The translations under genes were made by a program, and so were the position numbers. The notes under the pieces were generated by a model that saw nothing but the letters and a program-made list of their open reading frames with translations, ran no database searches and had not been told where the DNA came from. Shown one piece after another: positions 10,715 through 21,706 of a stretch of 64,000 nt of DNA. Position 1 is the stretch's first letter, and every line of letters begins with the position of its first letter. Origin of the DNA: Curvularia clavata (Eukaryota); NCBI GenBank assembly GCA_023920165.1, contig CP089278.1, forward strand, positions 2,046,001 to 2,110,000. The letters run 5' to 3'.

Positions 10715-11464
10715 AGTCCGATTCCTACCAGTGTATGTTGAGTTAGCCATTAGCAACAGGCAGATCTGGTGGGAGGCCAAAGAGTGGTCGACCAAAGAAG
10801 AGCGGATGCGAGAGGAGTTTTGTTCCAGCCGAGCTTGTTTAGAATTTGCAGAATGAAGCGGCAGAGGTGAACATATAGCGAGAATGCCTGACAGGGCAGT
10901 GGCTGTCTGGCTGACCATTCATGAGGACTACTCCTTGGCTGCGAGGTCAGAAGGCGTATACCGGACAGCTGCAAGGCAAAAAGGCAAACAGGGCTTACTT
11001 ACGCTCGCCACAAACAATTGATGGCTTGTAGCTAGTCATGGCCAGATGCAAGCATTCCTGTCAAAAAGCACTTTAGCTGAGCAGCTGAATGGAGTACTTG
11101 TCCGTACCAAGTCGGTGGCACGCAATCAAACACCGCACTGAAAACAAGTTTTTTTTTCTGCGGGGACATGCTGTATATCCTCATGCGATATGTTAATGAA
11201 GAATTCGGAAGGATGCTCTGTTGCTGGGTACTATCAGCAGCCTCTTGGCCGGTGAAGGAATGGGTGAACAAGGCAACAACACCCTCACGACAGCGCCAAA
11301 GGACCAGGGCACTCGACCCCACCTTTTACGCAGGCGCCCCGCCTCACTTTTCAGTGCGTGCTTCAAAAGGCTGCTCGATCTCTCTAGACAATCTTTCCAG
11401 GATAATTTGTCTAAAACACGATCAATCATAGATGGCTAAATTCTGGACTAGATTAATGGCGCAA

Positions 11465-13455
11465 TTACGCCTTCACAGTCCATACTTTGATGCTGGCATC
11501 CCCTCCCGCTGAAATGACCCTGGTCGCCTTTTCCCATGCTACACCATTGACGCCGTCCTTGTGGGCATTGAGAGCCTTGATCCGCTTACCGGGATCTTCG
11601 GTACTCCAGACCATGACGTTTGTGTCCAGACTGCCACTTGCGGCATACTTCTCACTCTCATCCCAGGCCAAGCATGTGATGCGTGCAGTATGGGCACTCC
11701 ATCTGTCCGTGATCATGTTCCAGTCTGCACCTGCATCGTAGGCATAAATCTTACCGTTGGCGGCACCTACAGCAAGCTTCTTGCCAGACTTGGAGAAGGC
11801 AAGCGCAGAGATGGGCGAAGTTGCGCGGCGCAACACGGTTTCTGTATCCCTGAGCTCGGTGCCGGACAGGGTATAAATGTGCACAAGCTTGTCATCTCCC
11901 CCTACGGCTACAGCAGAGCCGTGTGCGGAAATACACGTGGGGGTGTATTTGACAGGCAGTGAGCTTACTCGGGTGCCGTTGGAATAGACGGCTATCGCAT
12001 CAGACGAGGGAACAAGCACCGTCGTTGAGGTTGCAGCGACGCCCTTGGGCTGGAATTTGAGATCATTGGCTTCTCCAGTGAAGATCTTGTCCGGGACCGA
12101 GATGGACCGCAGTGTGTCATCCCAACCAACACTGTACAGTTCCTTTCCGCTGCTGCTGTCAGAAGTAGTGATACCAGCGACGTAACTGCTGTGGGCTGCG
12201 CCCTCGACCTTGTCGGCCAGCCCTGTTGCAGTATCCCATGCAAGCACACGGCCTTCGTAACTGCCAGTGGCAAATGTTGAACCAGCGATAGCGGCTGATG
12301 TAATGTTCTTCTGGTGGCCTCGAATCACGCGTGTGGGTTTGGGGCTACCGTCGACGAGGTAGTTTAGGTTCCCGTCCAGGTCGACGCTTATGATCAGGCC
12401 ATCGCTACGGCCCGTGGGCCAGACTACGCCGACTTGCTGGTCAGGCACACTCACGACGCCCTCTTCGCCCATCCTCCACGTTTGGATTGCCTTGCCCGCT
12501 TCAGGATCCCATATCCGGACCGTCTGGTCAGCACTAGCGGTAACGAACTTGGCCGAGTCTTTGGACCAAGAGATGCCAAAGATGCTACCGGTGTGGACAC
12601 CCTCTCCAATTTGCGCCTTGGCCTCGCCCGTTTTGCCGTCATAGAGCCAGATGCGCTTGTCGGCGCCGACACTGGCAAAGACGGAGCCATCAGGAGAGAA
12701 GGCGGTGCCGAAGACGAAACGATTGTGCTGACCTCGCAGACTGGTATTGAACTTGAAGGGGGCGCCGTGGTAGAAGACAATGCTGGTGTCGTCAGAGCCG
12801 GTGGCAGCGCGCAGCGGTCGTTGCTGGCGGATAGAGACACAGTTGATCTGCGACGAGTGTCCCGAGATCTCACCGACGCTGTTACCACTGTCGGCCGTGA
12901 TGCAGTGACCGAATCGCTCCTTGCCGTCGCCTACGGCAATGATGCGCTGCGAGTCGCCGTCCCAAGCGAGGTCATTGATTCGGCCGGCGATGATGGGGTA
13001 TTCGCCTGCGTCGCCGTCAGTGCCGCCATGTATGCCAGCGCAAGCACGCATTTTCCAGGCATTCACGCACCCTTTGTAGCACCCTCGCCAGCGCAGTCCC
13101 AGACCCTAACCATGCCCGAGACATCTCCACTGGCAACATAGAAGCCAGAGGGCGAGAAGCGCGCAACGGTCGTCTGTGTGGTATGTTGCGTGTATTGCTT
13201 GCTGACGGCAGGATCGTCAATGGAGCGGAGGAAGATGGATTTGCCAGACTGCAGGCACTCAATTAGCTGGGTGCAGGGTGATTGGATACGTCAGGACGTG
13301 CCGCATAGGCTATACGCTCGCCCTTGGGGTCCGAAGAAAGCGGCGTAGCTTGTCCACGCGTAGTGGTAGGGGAGGCTGCCCAGATGGCGTCTGTTGGGGG
13401 TTAGTGGCTGCATCATGTGAAGCTGCTTGGGGAGTGTACCTGAGACCAGAGACAT
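11465..13455 (-). CDS. AIP1: Actin-interacting protein 1 (WD40 repeat), 4 exons
   Basis: MSLVSDAIWAASPTTTRGQATPLSSDPKGERIAYA-SGKSIFLR, GEYPIIAGRINDLAWDGDSQRIIAVG, HGAPFKF, RWSAHTARI, SGSLDT. Confidence 0.93.
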
Positions 13456-14293
13456 GGTGCGCGTATGCAATGGGCAATGGGTAGCGTGGGAGGTGAAGGT
13501 GAAGAAGTCGACGACGACGACGACGAGACACTTTACGTCTGCCTGGTCGCGCTGGCAGCCGTGGCCTTTGCTCCGTCACCGCCTACGTGCCCACGTTTCA
13601 TTTCAAGCGTACCTGCCCTGCCTACACAAGCCGCACGCGGCGGGGCAGGTGGGGGTGGCTGTCTCGCTCTCGTCCCCCCTCCCACTCTGCCGTGCGCATA
13701 TCCTCGTACTCTAACATCGCATCCCGACTAGCATTACCGCAGTGCATCATTCATCCAGAATGCGTCCAAGACATCATCGCGCATGGCAGCTCGCGATGGC
13801 AGGCGATGCTACCGACGAAGCCGCGTCTGACGTCGACTAGACGCCAGGTAATATCCCTACACTGTTGAAACAGGAGCCCACAACGAGCCCAGTGGTGAGC
13901 CCGGCACGCTGGTCAGATATTTGATCGTCCAATATCAGCGTCTACAAGAAATGCGTCCAAAAGAGGCTGGTATCCTAATAATTGCAGAGTCGAGACGGAA
14001 CAACCTTGGAAGCTACCACGACACCTTGGCGCACGTCATTGCCCGGTTCAACAAAGCTACTCCTCGTCCTTGAGGGCGCCGCCCGCCCACCACGGTGCAC
14101 ATTTATAGTACACTCTCGCTTGCTTCGTCCCGTGCTTGTTGCACACTTCTTGTGAATCCGTCAATCGAGTGCACTTGCCTCATTCGCTGTCGCAGGACCT
14201 GATCCCGACCGCCCAACAACTATACCTGGCCAACCTCGACAGTAGGTAGCATCACAGCAGAAGAAAGAATCGACGACAAAAAAAGCAATCAAC

Positions 14294-14712
14294 ATGTGTA
14301 TCATGAGAACGTACGAGACCCGTGGCCGCTCAGTAATCGAGCCCCCTCCACGACGGGGAAACTTCACCTCGCACCCCCCAGCTGGCGTCATGCGATTGCC
14401 ACGTGAATGGCGCCGTACAGAGAGCATCAGCGATGACGGCCGCTATGTCGAGTACAGGTACTTTGAATCGCCATGCTGCGCCTAGATACCACATGAAAAT
14501 CTAACATTACTTCCAGGAGGTCAAGGTCACGCCCTCGGGTCATTGAGTACTATGACGAGCCAAGGCACAGCACCACTCGCCATAGGAGCGTCTCGAGGCG
14601 CCGCATCAGTGATGTGGATCGCAGGATGTCAAGGACTAGCTACATTGACCCACGCGACAGCTACGTGGACGAGAGAATCACTAGGAGGAGCGTCAGCCGC
14701 GTGAGGCATTAG
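14294..14712 (+). CDS. Small Arg/Ser-rich hypothetical protein, 119 aa, 2 exons
   Basis: ATG in CAACATG context; 59-nt intron 14458-14516 (GTACTT...CTAAC...CAG) links exon 1 in frame to a 196-nt exon ending in TAG at 14712. Confidence 0.7.
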
Positions 14713-14807
14713 TTATCATTTTTCTTCTAGTAATGTTTAGAATCTACGACAGGTGGGCTTCCTTTGCAGATACACAGCCCTGTTTCAATGCAGAAGCTGA
14801 CATTTGT

Positions 14808-14809
<2 letters not shown>

Positions 14810-14864
<55 letters not shown>
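14810..14864. repeat. (CA)27 microsatellite
   Basis: Perfect dinucleotide run read directly. Confidence 0.98.
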
Positions 14865-14868
<4 letters not shown>

Positions 14869-15445
14869 CGGGGGCATCTTCCTATGTGCACATTGCCTAC
14901 ACCTAGGAGTGCTATGATACGACTGCTACGCAAAATAATTTGATCATCCTGAGTTTCTATGTGTCTTTGCTAGTTTTGTCACGTTCAGGCAACTATTTCA
15001 CGTGCGTATTTCGTACCAGGCATTCATTTCATGCGCGTTTTTTTTTGTTCATGACGTAGACCTCGCTGCCTTGCATCCTATCTCGACCGCAGTCGAAGAC
15101 GTATATAAACTCAAAATTTCGCGCTGTAGCAAAATTCATTATTCAACAATCATTCCGTTCAAGCCAGCCCTTTGCATGCCACGCAGCAACTGCTAGGGCA
15201 CCTTCCAGTGCCTAAACCCCTGTCGCTTGTCGCTCTACACTGGACTGTACGTTATCTAAACAAGAAAGCGCGACTCATACTTCTAGTGGTTCCGTCACCA
15301 ATGACTCAACCCTAGTAATATTCGAGCACGAGCCAGGCCTGATGTACGTTTCAGTCTTCCTCTTATTCACCGTATATCCCGTCTTGTTTAATTCTTGTTA
15401 TTTCTGGCATAACTTTGCGTTGTTCAAAAACCCTCGCTATATAAA

Positions 15446-16383
15446 ATGGCATCAAATCCAATAAGTCATTGTTGTGTCGGCGGTGTCAAGCACAAAGGCA
15501 CGCCAAAAGGCCAGGTCAAGGAAATCGGCAACGGTAACATAGGATCCAATTCACGACAATATGCCAATCTGATTCAAAATAGTTCGATCATATTTTACTT
15601 ATCCCGAAAATGGCAACACGCAAAACGCTATCGTGATCATGACAGATGTATTCGGTATGGACTTTATCAATATCCAGCTCATAGCCGATCAATTTGCCGT
15701 ATGCGAATTTTCCATCAAGTCCTTCCACATCGGCCGTAATCATATTGATTAACCATTTGTTCAGACAAAGGGATATGTCACAGTCATCCCGGATGTCTTC
15801 AACGGCGCGCAAGTCCCCTTCCCCGCCCCACCCACATTCAACTTGCAAGAGTACATCGACACCACCATGCCGCGACCCGCCACCGTCGACCCCATCTACG
15901 CCCAAGTCATCAAGCACCTCCGAAGCGAGCTCGGCATCAAGAGGCTAGGCGGGGTCGGCTATTGTTTCGGTGGAAAATACATATGTCGATGGTTGCAGGA
16001 AGGTGCGCTCGATGCTGGATTCACAGCCCATCCTAGTTTTGTCAATGCAGACGAAGTAAAAGGCATACGAGGTCCGCTGAGCATTGCTGCTGCAGGTACG
16101 AAGAGAAAACAGAAAAGTACAAAATCACATGATCACAACTGAGGCTGACTTCACGCCTGATACAGAAATTGATGACATTTTCACCCAAGAGAAGCGCCGT
16201 GAAACAGAAGATATCCTAAGGGAACTTGGCAACGTGCCGTATCAAATTTTTCTTTACTCGCACGTTGAGCATGGCTTTGCTACGAAGGGAGATTTGGCAG
16301 ATGAGAAAGCGAAGTTTGCAAAAGACCAGGCCTTTTCTCAGGCGGTGGTCTGGCTGGATGAGTATGTGAAGAGGGGACAGTAG
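15446..16383 (+). CDS. Dienelactone hydrolase family protein, 4 exons
   Basis: MASNP..CC, TDVFG, QLIADQFA, nucleophile GYCFGG, AHPS, EIDDIF, EHGFA; GT-AG introns. Confidence 0.92.
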
Positions 16384-16530
16384 TTGTTAGCACGACGATT
16401 TCATTACAAACTTTCAAAAATCGTGATCGATGTAAAATCTGGATCATTTCAGCAAATATGGGTTACATCTTCTCGCTATTCTTTCATTCGTGAGATCGTC
16501 CAGTCATGTTGCATCCAATCAGTTACGTGT

Positions 16531-17936
16531 TTATTCAATATTCTTCACATTCGCAGTCCACGGCGGCTCCCCATCCTCGTCAAACTCCGCCCACCGAAAA
16601 AAACTACATCCCTCTTGCCCAGGTACGTATCCAAAATGGCACATCCACATATACCTACCTCTTGACTCCTTCTTCCTCGTCGCACACCGCAGCACAGTCG
16701 GGACCCCACACCGACACCTTGGCGTGAATCGGGGGTGCAAACTATCCTTGTACCAACGATACGTAACATTGAGTCTCTTATTTCCTGCCAAGGGATGGGG
16801 ATCAATAGCCTGAGCCGGCGCAATCGAGTGTTTCCACTCCTCTTGCATCTCCGCATGCATAATCAGCAGCGAGTTGTGTGGAAGATGAATGCTAATCTGG
16901 CCCTGAGCGTCCGCCAATGACCCATCGTCTTTGCGGTAAGAGACATCGTCCTCGGCCACAATTTTGCGTACCCTGAACTCTCGGGCAACGCCCAAGCTCA
17001 AACTACCGATTACGGCACGCGGACCCAGATAGGTCAGTTGGTCGGCGTGGTAGCCGACACTTTGTTGTGGGCCGTCGTAGCAGTTTACAAACGCTGTGTT
17101 GGCTCTCCAGGGGTGAGGCGACTGGTATTTGAGTTTTTTGCCGTCGGGGGAGAAGTCACGGATTCGACGGGCGATTTCGCTGTTTACGGCTTCTTCGACT
17201 TGTGGCAAGGCGTTGAGCATTTCTGGTAGGCTTTGGCGTACGTCCTGGATGAAAATAATTTGTCAATAGTTGTAGGACAAGAATTGTTCTGGTTCGATTG
17301 GAGACTCACGTCAATATGGCGGCCGTCGTAGACATATTCCGTCTTTTGCTTGTCTGCCTCCTCGAGACTGTTGACGTAAAATGCGTACGTGTGTGGGCTC
17401 AGCACCACTCTGTCAAACAGTTTGAACTCATACCTACGGAACGTCGACACGTCATCCAATAATTGCAACAGGAGGGCATCAGCTTGCTTGGCTGGTAGAA
17501 AATTATGAATGATGGAGCACGGCGTATGTGTTTCGATATCCTCTGGGCTATAGAGAAACAGGGTTTTGCCTTTCTTAACCATTGGCTTTTTCGTCGGTCC
17601 CCCATGTGGCGCTGCGATCCGGTATGAGGTCAAAGATGACTGGTATCCCATTGTAGTAGGCCCTGAGCGCTTCCTTGGAGGCAGACCAGAACCTTGTGCC
17701 AGGTATGCAGAAGCCTGTTGTACTGATCCGTCTGCTGCAAGCAGGGCTTCTAGCAGGACCGTCTCATCGACACCAGCATGCAATGACGCCAGTAATGCAA
17801 GCTTGAAGTCTGTAGATTCTTCCTCTTTCTCGTTCTCATTGCCCTCCTCTTTCCTGGCTTCCATCGGTGTGGTTGCAATGGATGGCTCCAACGCCTGCTC
17901 ATCCCGCTTTCTCTTGCGTGTCACAAACGCGTCCAT
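16531..17936 (-). CDS. AlkB-family 2OG-Fe(II) dioxygenase with N-terminal CUE-like domain and C-terminal GRF zinc finger
   Basis: GYHAD (HxD), WKH, RLNVTYR; GRF-type CRCG...RGRYMWMC...CSFFRW; CUE-like KLALLASL...LLEALLAADGSV; intron 17245-17309. Confidence 0.88.
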
Positions 17937-18265
17937 GTCGTTCTCTCAAAGTGATGCGCCTTGTACTCATGGCGTGAAGAAGAACGTGTCGACTGCATAC
18001 AGCATTTGCCATCGCGAGAGCAAGCCAGACTAGCACACAACGCGCTGTCACGGGAACATGGTCAGGCAGCACCGGATTCAGCCCCGCCATAGCTACACTT
18101 GCGCCTCGGCCATTCCAACCCCATCGTCATCTGCGAGCCATGCAGCGGCACACCCCCAGCTTCACTTCCCCACGCACAATGATGCGCCATATCCTGCACA
18201 TTTTCCACGCGCCATAGTCTCTTCAGTCTATCTTCCTCTCGCTTCCCCTGGTAAAACCGCCCACA

Positions 18266-19410
18266 ATGCTCGAGTTCCGCACCCAAGGGTTCAACGGGTA
18301 CTCGGTCAAGTACAGCCCATTCTTCGATTCACGCATCGCCGTCGCAACCTCCGCAAACTTTGGGCTGGTGGGAAATGGAAGATTATACATTCTCGGTCTG
18401 ACGGCTAATGGAATCGTAGCCGAAAAATGGTATGTCCTTTTCCACACTTCCTTCCTCAACAATACACGCACATATGAGACTGCCTTTCACATGCTAACCC
18501 ACCCCCCAGGTTCGACACCCAAGACTCGCTCTTCGATAGCACCTGGTCCGAAGCGCACGAGAATCAGCTCCTCACCGCCGGCGGCGACGGTTCCGTCAAG
18601 CTCTTCGACATCAACGTGCCCACGTACCCCATCGCCTCATGGCAGGAACACGCACGTGAAGTCTTCGCCGTGCACTGGAACCTTGTGGCCAAAGACACGT
18701 TTCTCTCCTCCTCATGGGACGGTACAATCAAGATATGGAATCCCAATGCTAATGCAAGCATCACGACGCTACCTACGCATTCATGCACCTACTCAGCGGC
18801 CTTCAGCCCCCACAGCCCCAGTGTCTTGAGCAGCGTCAGCTCAGACAGCCATTTGCGCGTATTTGATCTAAGGACTCCCGCGAGCGCAAGCAATCATTTG
18901 ACTATGAGCGTGCCAATTCACCAGCCGCCTAAGCCGCGTATGGGCGCCGCTGCACCTGTCGGCCTTGCGCCCGCAGAAGCTCTGACCCACGACTGGAACA
19001 AATACCGCGACACTGTCATTGCAACGGCAGGCGTCGACCGCGTTATTCGCACGTTCGATATCAGAATGCCCCAGCAGGGCCCAATCGCCGTGCTACCAGG
19101 GCATGAGTATGCCGTCAGGAGACTTAGTTGGAGCCCTCATCTCTCCGACATACTGCTCAGTGCTAGTTACGACATGACGTGTCGTGTGTGGACCGATGGC
19201 AGTGCCATGGGTGTTGGCGCCGTCAAGCAGGAGAATATGCTTGAAGATCCCATGTTTTATGGCGGAGGCAGGGAAATGGGCAGGATGGCTAGGCATACAG
19301 AGTTCGTCACGGGAGTTGATTGGTGTCTGTTTGGCGCAGAGGGCTGGTGCGCGAGTACGGGTTGGGATGAAAGAGTACTAGTATGGGATTGTCGAGCCAC
19401 CATGAAATAG
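18266..19410 (+). CDS. PEX7: Peroxisomal PTS2 receptor Pex7 (WD40), 2 exons
   Basis: MLEFRTQGFNGYSVKYSPFFDSRIAVA, NFGLVGNGRL, SSSWDGTIK, HDWNKY, SASYDMT, HTEFV.GVDW; intron ~18430-18509. Confidence 0.96.
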
Positions 19411-19785
19411 ATATACTTCGCCCCTTTTCGTTTTTTTTTCTGTTTTCCGCCCTGGCCTTGGCGGCCCTGTGCAGTATTCTATTCGGCCTTTGCGAAAGTG
19501 TGATGATTATCTCGTAAATCTCTTTTCAGAGAAAAGACTGACATCTGATACTTGGCAAATAGACATTCGGTTCAGTAATTGCTACGAGACATAGCGTACC
19601 ATAATGTGTTCCTCTAACAAAAAAAGAATAACGAATCGGGACAAAGTGGAAACAAACCAAAAGGGTATCATCGTCCCATATACATAACACCACCAAACAC
19701 CAAGATGCAAGTCCCTTTCCCCCACGTCCAATACGCCATATCATGCGGATGCCAAATGCAAGTCTTCATAACTTCACCACCCAAC

Positions 19786-21195
19786 TCAAAGATCCCCAAG
19801 ATTGAGAATATCATCCAGAGTCTCATCCATCTCCTGCATGTCTTGCACGCTGCCTCCTTGCCAGTGCATGCCCACTTCGTCATCGACCTGCATAGCGTCT
19901 CCAAAGTCAATCGTCCATGTCTCGCTAGAAAACGATTGCTTGATATCATGGACACCATTCGTGAGCGAGCCATTGGTAAGTGGTTCGGATGAGGTGTCAT
20001 ATATGTCTTCGATGCCTTCGGTATCGAGGAATCTTGAATTCAGAATCGAGCCGGCAATAAGTGGGGTTTGGCCGAGGTATCCGTCCCCTAGTTGTAGTGC
20101 AAGACGAAGGTCTTCGGTACAGAGTGGCTTTCTCTTGCGCCGCTCTTCGGCTTCGACAGGAAGTTCGCCAGCAGTGCCTCTCATTAGTTCGCCCTTTTCT
20201 GCCAACCGTTCTTCTCTTGCTTGCTTCTTTTTAAACTCTCCTGTTCGCACATAGCCTGGCCCGTTGCTACAAACCTTCCCGAGTAGATTTGCCAACGCTT
20301 CTTTGATATATGTCTCAGTAGCGAGATTAAGGTAATCCGGACAGTCTGGTGTATGGCCCTGTGGAAGGCCATTTTCATAGCAGATAGGAAGGAGACGGTA
20401 GGATATCGTCATGGCAGTAGGAAATTCGTGCGTCTCAACGTAAAGAGCCGAGGTGTAGCGTTTACGGATTTCAAGTTCCCAATCTGTAGCAATGTTAGCA
20501 TGCACAAGCAATACCTATCGTATAGTGACGATAGTACTAGGTGAGTACGTACTTGTCTTCGCAAATCCACCGCCTTGGTTGCTACTTGGCCCAACATCCA
20601 GCTGCTTTGCCCGTCTCGCATCGACATACTCCTGCACCGGTCCTGTTGTGCCCACACTCAGCCCTCCCTCCAAACCTGTAGCTAACGGGCTCTCCCCCGC
20701 AGGAATTCCTTTGAGCCTCTTCCTCTCCCTGCGACTCAGCTGCATAACCTCGTGTTTCAGCCGTTTCTCACTCTCGTCCCCTGTCCCCTTGACCGTCCCA
20801 CTTGTAGGTTTATCGCTGCTACTGACCCAGCTTGCAATGCCAGCTTCCGGCGGATCGCGCCACATGTTTGTGTAGATAGCCGTGAAAAGGGCATTGTGCG
20901 CGTGTTCAAGGGCGGGCGTAGTCAGGATCTTGGATAGTTTCTGGGAGAGCTCTTCCTGATTGAGGTTGCCAAGCAGAAAGAATGAGAGCGTTTTCTTATA
21001 CACTGTCCAGTCGGCATCGCTGATGGCGCCCTTCACGGCTGCATATAGGGGTTCAACGTCTATGCGCGGGCTTCGCGGTACGGAGGGTTTCTTGATGAGG
21101 TCGGTCTGGAGGGATGTGAGGTTGGGCAAAGTACCCGAAGAGAGAGTCGGTGTCGTTGAGACATTCATCTCGTTAGGTCTTATTGTGCCTGCCAT
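19786..21195 (-). CDS. ADA1: SAGA complex subunit Ada1/Hfi1, 2 exons
   Basis: FFLLGNLNQEELS, EHAHN, WVSSSDKP, RLKHEVMQL..RERKRLK, NWELEIRKRY, LNLATETYIKEAL, EDLRLAL. Confidence 0.85.
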
Positions 21196-21706
21196 GATGG
21201 CGGTGTAGATGCGCCGTAGCGGCGCTCAATGTGTGGTGATGTGCGCGCGTTGCAAGCAGGTCGCGCAGGGGGACAGATGCGCGTGCTGACAGCGGAAACG
21301 AACGACGAGGGCGGGACAACGACCAAAAGACCGGCGCAGTAATGCGAATGGACAGTCTGAATCGCAGAAATAGTCGGTATTGTTCCTCAATGACGGGAGA
21401 TGCAGCGGGTCTTGTGCGGGGCGTGGATTGATGGAACGGCACGTAGACGTAGGGAGGGTGAGGTCAGAGCTCGGGGGTCCTACGGAGTTGACGCTGAACA
21501 GCCTAACCACATGTACAGACATCTGGAACATCAGCATCACATCGCTTCCTTGAAACCAGCATTTGGATATTAGTAAATGAAAATCTAATGCGCTGTTTAT
21601 TCAGACATGAGAATTACGGGTTTTGATAAACATCACAGTCCCTATGCTTAGGCTTATTGCCGCCCAGGTAGTGGTGTTCTTTTCTCTAACCATGCGTACC
21701 GTGCCT

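Noticed and set aside
12434..13141. 235-aa plus-strand ORF and other antisense ORFs over AIP1, GCN1, PRP6 and ADA1
   Set aside because: Antisense shadows of GC3-rich coding sequence with no recognisable domains.
14727..14933. ORF with poly(Val-Cys)
   Set aside because: Translation of the (CA)n microsatellite.
16384..16665. 93-codon open frame directly after the dienelactone hydrolase stop (read-through or cryptic PTS1?)
   Set aside because: Stop context TAG-TTG is not the TGA-CTA read-through motif, the extension does not end in an SKL-like tripeptide, and it runs antisense into the AlkB gene.
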